Origin: Harriotta raleighana
Taxonomy: Eukaryota
Reading direction: 5' to 3'
DNA length: 64,000 nt
Assembly (NCBI GenBank): GCA_050575255.1
Contig: JBNZDD010013381.1
Coordinates: forward strand, 99,780 to 163,779
Numbering within the stretch: position 1 is the stretch's first letter; every line of letters starts with the position of its first letter. Below the pieces are notes generated by a model. That model had not been told where the DNA came from and did no database searches. It worked only from the letters and a program-made list of their open reading frames with translations. Positions 1 to 64,000 of the stretch are shown here, piece after piece. A program made the position numbers and the translations under genes.

Positions 1-944
1 AACAGTTTGTTGGGTCTACGTTGGAGATGCTGCCACTGAAACGCTGCTTAAATGTGCCAAGATCACAAATCTTAAAGGATTTACAGATGAACGTGTGATC
101 AATATTTCACTCAGTGTCCACCGTAAGTTACAAATTTTATTACTGTGAAAATCTACATTGGGTTGCTCTATGCTTAAAATGCACTGGCAGGTTCCTAAAA
201 ATAGAACCAGCAGAATTGATTTAATTTTCATTTGAAATTGAAATTTAAGTTATCTTTGTCATTCAGTGAATTTGAAAGGAAAATCATCAGAATTTCAAAG
301 TGATTGAATCAAAATAACATTGCAAGTAATTTTTTAAAGTTGCTTTCAGTAGCTGGATTTTCAGAAAACAAATGTACATGTGTATTATATTTTGTGTTTT
401 CTACTTGCATTATTGCTACTTCAATACAACTAAGATGTTTGCTCTTGTTACAGAATCCTACCCTGAATATAGTTCTTTGAGAGGGAAATAAATCTGTCTT
501 CCCAACAAAAGAGCTTCTTTAATTAAATTTATTTGATGTAGTTGTGCAGAATGTGGAAGTTGTTTGCCCGTAAATGGAGACTCCTTCTCTACTGAATGTT
601 GTACCCAAACGAGGTTGAGTAAAGTTGGTGGAACAGCTTTTTGTTGAAATGCTTTGTATGTTTTTCCTGAGTCACACTGTTCACTTATAAATTCCATGAG
701 AATTGCCAAGTGCATATGTATTCTGAATGACAGCCAAGCCTTCAGGGAACTGCTTATTAATGAGCACTTTTCACCAGCATGCGATCTGAGTGGCAGATGT
801 GCTGTGGTTATTTTGCAATAAATGATTGTGCAATTTTCATGTTTAGTTACTCAATGAAGTTGGATATTTTCAGAAAATCCAAATCTGAGAAACACTAATA
901 ATTGCAGTATCCTTTCACTTTTATAAAGTTAACAAGTGGCAAAT

Positions 945-1350
945 TAGTTCAGTTGGTTTCACTCTTCTTGCCTCTTTATTGATTGTTGTGAGTTTGAGCC
1001 CAACAGAAATTCTGTTTATAATCTGGACACGCTTCAGGGAAGTACTCAGCGCTACATTATCAGAGATGCCACCCTCCAGATAAAACCAAGGTTCTGCTTG
1101 CTAGGTTTAGTTGGAATAGTTAGACATAAACAGTAATGGGACAATTTAAAAGAATAGGGAGTTCCCTTATATCCTGGTCATTATTCCTTCCCCAAATAAA
1201 TTCATCATTTATATTGTGCATAATATGCATCTGCTGCCGATTAGCTGCTGAGTATGTTCATGTACAATAGTTGTTGCATTTGAGAGTAACTCTTCTCAAG
1301 TGCCTTAAGACTTTTGAAAGTGATGAAGCCCCATTATCAAGCATTAATAT
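945..1350 (+). mobile_element. Degenerate Deu-domain SINE (SacSINE/AmnSINE-like)
   Basis: Decayed tRNA-like head followed by motifs resembling the DeuSINE core (agagatgccaccctccagataaaaccaagg...gggagttcc...atcctggtca). Family recognised from memory; boundaries approximate. Confidence 0.45.
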
Positions 1351-1696
1351 AATCCATAATGTATGAAGTCTTGAAGAAATGAATAGCAGAATTCATGAGA
1401 AACCTTGCTTTTGATACACATGTTAAAAATTGCTTAACAACAGAAACTTATCAAATCTGTTGTGCTTAATCCATGGAAGTTTTGAAGCAAGTTTATAATT
1501 ATGCAGATCCTATTTTAATACGCACTGACGCATCATAACCACTAATGCAAAGCATAATTGTTTAAACTTACTGCCTCCAGACTCTTTGGCTTTCATTAGA
1601 TGATGATTCCAAATAATATGTTTTTCTAACGCTCAAAATTAGTTATTTAAAAATGTTTTTGCTAAAGGGATATCTTGTATCCCTTTAGCAAAGGTA

Positions 1697-2076
1697 GAGT
1701 CCTGTAGCTCAGTGGTTGGAGCACTTGCCTCACAAGCGAGGGACCTTGGTTCGATTCCTGGCATGGTGAAATATTGGTCAAATTTCCTTACTCAACGCGT
1801 CTCTGTTTATCTAGCAGTAAGTGGAAACCCCAATGCTAGTCGATTGATGGATTACTTTTCTGAGGAAAATAATTCAATAATTCCCTGAACATTTTTTTTT
1901 AGAATAATTGGTCACTTCAATCCATGACTGATTGTGGGACACTGTTGTGCACAATTAGCTGCCTCATTTCTACCACAAAATATACAGTCAATTCACTATA
2001 CAGTAATATTCTGTGAAGGCCTTTGAGATGTCTCAAAGATGAGATGAGGCACTATATCAAAAGCAAAGATTATTAT
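1697..2076 (+). mobile_element. Full-length tRNA-derived SINE with LINE-like 3' tail
   Basis: A box TAGCTCAGTGG, B box GGTTCGATTCC; body and tail (ctgtgaag..ctttgagatgtc..ctatatca..gcaaagattatt) recur many times in the window. Confidence 0.85.
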
Positions 2077-2679
2077 GTTATCTTTTACTTGTTAAATGCT
2101 TGTCATAATTTTGAATGTTCAGAGTGTGTGATCTGTCCAAGATCCAAGTGTGCCTTGTATCATATGGTATTCATTGATACCCAATGTACAATAATTCATG
2201 AGCTTTCAGTACATTTTGCCCCTTATTCAGATTTTCTTTGTGAAAGAGAAAATACCGTAAGTATCATAGTAAGGCTGTAGTATACCAAAAAACGTTTACA
2301 AGTAGGTTTTTATTTTCTTCCTAATGATTTGGTTGGCATGAACAACATGCTTGTTTATGAGAAATCTGCATTTGCAAAGGTTTATGTTATCTGATCTGAC
2401 ATATCTCTGCACTTTGCCTTGAAATTCCTATTGAAGAATAAATTTTTAATTCTGTAATTCATAAATATGCTAATCTGATATACCAGAGGAACATTTAAAC
2501 CTCATTATATATTTTTTAAAGTGTCACTAGTTAATTGTAAAGCTGCATTTTGTTAATGACTTATGACTCAAAAGTCATAACTTGTGACTTTGAGTTATGG
2601 TTTTCTCATACCGCAAAGTCATACTCGAAACTAGACATACTGTACTAGGTTTCAGTATGACTTTGAGTTATGACACATA

Positions 2680-2850
2680 ATAATAATGAATGCCTTTCAA
2701 ATTGCATTTTTTACATCTTCTAGGTACTTCAAAGCGCTTCATAGAATATACTGGAAAATAAATTGACTGTATATTTGTGGCAAACATTGCATACAACTGT
2801 GTCCCTCAAATAGTCGTGGATTGAAATGACCAATTTTTTTTAGGAATTAC
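2680..2850 (-). mobile_element. SINE 3' fragment (same family)
   Basis: Reverse complement of the SINE tail and body (aaagcgcttcatagaata...gtggattgaaatgacc). Confidence 0.75.
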
Positions 2851-3014
2851 AGTTTCAGGCATTTGAAGTAAGGAAACTTGCCCAGTGTTTCATCCTGCCT
2901 GGAAATTTAATGTAATTTTAATGGTAAATGTTGTATCATTAAATTGTAGCAAAGTATTTGGGCTTTCAGGAACAAACAGAACTATTTGCTGCACCCTACC
3001 AGTGTGAAGGATGC

Positions 3015-3330
3015 AATAATAATAATCCTTGCATTTAGTTTAGCATTTTTCACTACTTCTAGATGTCTCAAAGCGCTTTGCAAAAACTCAAAAGTGAATT
3101 GACTGAATATTTCGTGGGCAAAACTTGACAGCCAAATGCACACGACAGTGTCCCACAAACAGTCATGGATTGAAATGGAAAACTTATTTTTTTGAGGAAT
3201 TATGATTAATATCTTTGAGACACCTCAAAGTGCTTCACAGAATAATTATAAGGATATAGTACTGTACTATGAATAATTGAATTGACTGTATATTTTCTAG
3301 ATGAAATTCGGCAACCAATCATGCACAGTT
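3015..3330 (-). mobile_element. Two adjacent or nested SINE 3' fragments
   Basis: aataataatccttgcattt...gtgtcccacaaacagtcatggattgaaatg, then a second tail tctttgagacacctcaaagtgcttcacag. Confidence 0.75.
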
Positions 3331-6300
3331 TGCTATATAAATGCAAAAGTTCTTGTTGCAACATGCTTTTCAATTTTATATGAGTCGCAAAAAAGATTTT
3401 ATATTGAAAGAAAAATATATAGTGGTTCTATATAAATAAAGGAATGTATTTTAGTCTGTGACTGAATCTCAAGTATGTATATGATGGAGCAAATTATATA
3501 TGCTAAATTGGAGAAATATTGCAAAATAATATATTATCTTGAGAAACGGACGTCTCTGAAATGCCACAATTACTTAACATAAAATTTAAATAAATAATCT
3601 TTCAGGACAATCTCTAGATTCATTCTAGGGCAATGGAGTAAAGAGAGTGGATATTTAATGTGACATTTTCACTGAGATAAACAGGGTTAGTTTTGAATTA
3701 ACGCGAGGGTGTAAAACTGGTTGTGAAACCACTAAAGGGTGGTTGGCAATCAATTTTCTTTATTCATAGAATAGTTGAAATTTACAGCATAAATTTGCAG
3801 CCATTTAGCCCATCACGTCTGCACTAGCTCTCAGATCAAATCGTTCTGGCATTCCCACTGCTGTGGTATCCCCCTACCCCTTCTATCCTCTATTGATTGC
3901 TAAAGCTTCTATGCATTTTGTTAGCTTGGGTGTGCAGATATGCTTATCTTGAGAATTATGTCAACCTTATTAGTGGGCTGTACCAATGCTGTAGTTTGGA
4001 TGTATAAAATCTTGACCAGCATCTATAATGGGGTGTGATTTCAGGTCAGCACTTCCATCAGTACTTCTAAGTACTGGTTGGTGCAAGTCAAGCTGAAATG
4101 GCTGTCATCTGGATCATTTTCCTGTACTAAAAATGGCAATTTCAGGGTGATCTGCTTGCCACTGGAAGGCACTATTTCAGAAATGTTTAGTGTCTAGTTT
4201 TGATTCTTCATGTTTGTGAGATGCCATGTCTAGACGCACACAGTGGAGATCTTCCACATGACGCCGCTTTGATTGAGGTTTAATTTGTGGCAGCAAATCT
4301 TGGCTCTGAAATGATATTATATTTGCTTTCCTCTGTAGCCTTGAGACACACAAGGTCAAATTTATATAGGTACAAGATCAGCAAATGGGAGATTTTAGAT
4401 TATTTTCACCTGTCACAATGTCACCTTTTAGGATAATATGCCCTGGGTCAATAGAAAATGGCAGAAATATTTTGCCAAACCTTGCTGGGCATTTTGACAA
4501 ATTTGCGGAATTTACGGGCTCTCATACATTTTACCAAGGCTTGACTGGTGCTATTGAGGGATGCATTTTGTAAAACAACCTGGATTAAAACTATCCGCAT
4601 GTATTTCCTGAAGATATAGTTAAGTTTAAAATCACCGAAAGTGTACATTTGAAAAGTACAATCCAAACCGAGAATTCATTGCAGGAGCTCAGTTTAGGCT
4701 GGGCGTTGAGTAAACAGACGGCAGGAGTGCGACACGCCTGCTGTTTCTATCGCAGTTCACTCAGTTAGCAAAGCCGATTCCCTGCTTGTGCCATTTCTGT
4801 CATCCCAACACTTTCTACACCAGGCAGGCATGATCGCAGCCGTGCCATAGAAGCCGTGTCTTGCCAACAGCATGCAGGCGCAGGATTTGTAGAAGATTCT
4901 GGGGGAAAAGTGTGGCTGAATTTTTCTATTGACCCAGGTTATGACTTCCAAACAAGTACATTTTGACTTCAGAATGAAGTGTTTTAGAAGGGGCTTACAG
5001 AGAACTTTTTACTTTGCCTAGAGATTCATTTGGATTCCTTCCCATGTAGTCCATACAGTATCCATCACAGAATTTAAAATATGTTTTAAGACCTAACAAT
5101 TCAAGACCACCGTATGTCTGAGACATTTCTATGTGCCATTTTAAGTAAGTATATGCATCTGTCCCCTTTCTAAAATGTTACCAATGGTCTGCCTTTGGTG
5201 ATATCATGAGGCTCACTTAGATGAGCCATCAGCTCAATTAGAGAACATAATGTACTGTGGTAATTGAGATTGGCAATTTTTTTTGTTTTGTGTATGAATG
5301 TGAAGAGGCCAATATTTTATTTTCTAGCAACAACTGAAAACTGGTGCGTAACGCAAATGGTAGGAAATAATTGAATGGATTAAATAGACATCCAGAAAAT
5401 TGAAAGTATCAAATAAAATTTTCCATTCTTGAAGCTTGAACCTGTTTAAGACTGAAATTTGCATCATCCATCTTCTGATTACAGCTAATTCCAGCCAGTC
5501 TTTTTCTAAAAGAATAAGTAAACAGATGCATGTAATATTTGAAAGAAAAATACATGTTTCCTTGGGGAGTATCTTCCAATTTTCCTTCTTTAACATTTGT
5601 GAACTGTTCTACTAGAAAATTAAAATTGTAATCACATTTGTTTGTGTTTAACTGCACTTTGAGTAAAATAATATGCTGATTGCTAGACTTCCTTATGATT
5701 CCAAGTAGCTATCCAAAAATTAATTGCGATTGAAAACTGAAACTCTAGTTTCCAGCACTATTCTTTTATTTAATTCAGCAATGAATGTGCTTCAAAGTGG
5801 TTGGTTCTTCGTACCTGGTAGTAGTCAAAACAACTTCAGAGTGATAGATTGTTCATCTGATTATTATTAAAATCAAATGACAATGCTTCTAAAGACTATC
5901 AATGCAGAGGTTGAGATTTTATAGGTTTTCAGTATTGATTGTCATTTAAATTGTTTTTTTTTAAAAAAAAGATCCAGGACTCATCTGCCCCTTGCTTCTC
6001 TCTCTCTCTCTTCTCCATCCCCCTCTAGGTTATAACTGGTACTATCTTAACATTGTTGTTTCGTGTTAAATGTTGGAAATAACTGTTTAGGGATCCGCAG
6101 AGTATTGCTAACATACTACCCAAGTAGAAAAACAGGTACCTAAGTGTCAGACATTCCTATTGTTGTTACAGCTCCAAATAATTGATTCATTTTATGCAGC
6201 TGCAGCAAAAAGCAGATGTTATGAAATGCTATTACTAAAAGAACATTGAGGGGCAAGAATTAGGAGTTGTCCATTTAGTGGAAACAAGATGAATGATTAG

Positions 6301-6411
6301 ATTAAAGGAGGATCATATATCAAGTAGTTCCTAATGACTGGTTTTGAAATAATGTTGCTAGAATACTAAATGATTTTTCTCTCTTCTACACTATTGATAA
6401 TACTTTTTTAA

Positions 6412-64000
<57,589 letters not shown>

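Noticed and set aside
1697-1770. tRNA-Val(CAC)-like sequence (a similar head at ~29099-29170)
   Set aside because: No proper acceptor stem, and it runs straight into the SINE body. It is a SINE head, not a tRNA gene.

Overview
Eukaryotic (vertebrate) genomic DNA. The whole window lies inside one + strand gene, LRP1 (LDL receptor-related protein 1). I traced 50 consecutive in-frame coding exons corresponding to human exons 7-56 (numbering inferred from recalled human exon sizes and phases; exon 56 is cut by the window end). They encode YWTD beta-propellers 1-6, EGF repeats, ligand-binding cluster II (CR3-CR10) and cluster III (CR11-CR20). Introns are compact and AT-rich and carry tRNA-derived SINEs with LINE-like tails, Deu-domain SINE remnants, L2 and CR1 3' fragments and one Tc1/mariner-type MITE. 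This repeat set suggests a cartilaginous fish, possibly a chimaera (inference). The most notable signal is a 51-nt in-frame extra exon in intron 19 encoding a second version of the C-terminal half of CR6, flanked by a long AG-free zone, a YCAY cluster and a G-quadruplex-like tract. Other observations are a GC-AG intron, two short upstream copies of exon fragments, a minisatellite built into an acceptor site and several inverted retroposon-tail hairpins. No prokaryotic-type system is present, and most ORF-track entries outside exons are noise.
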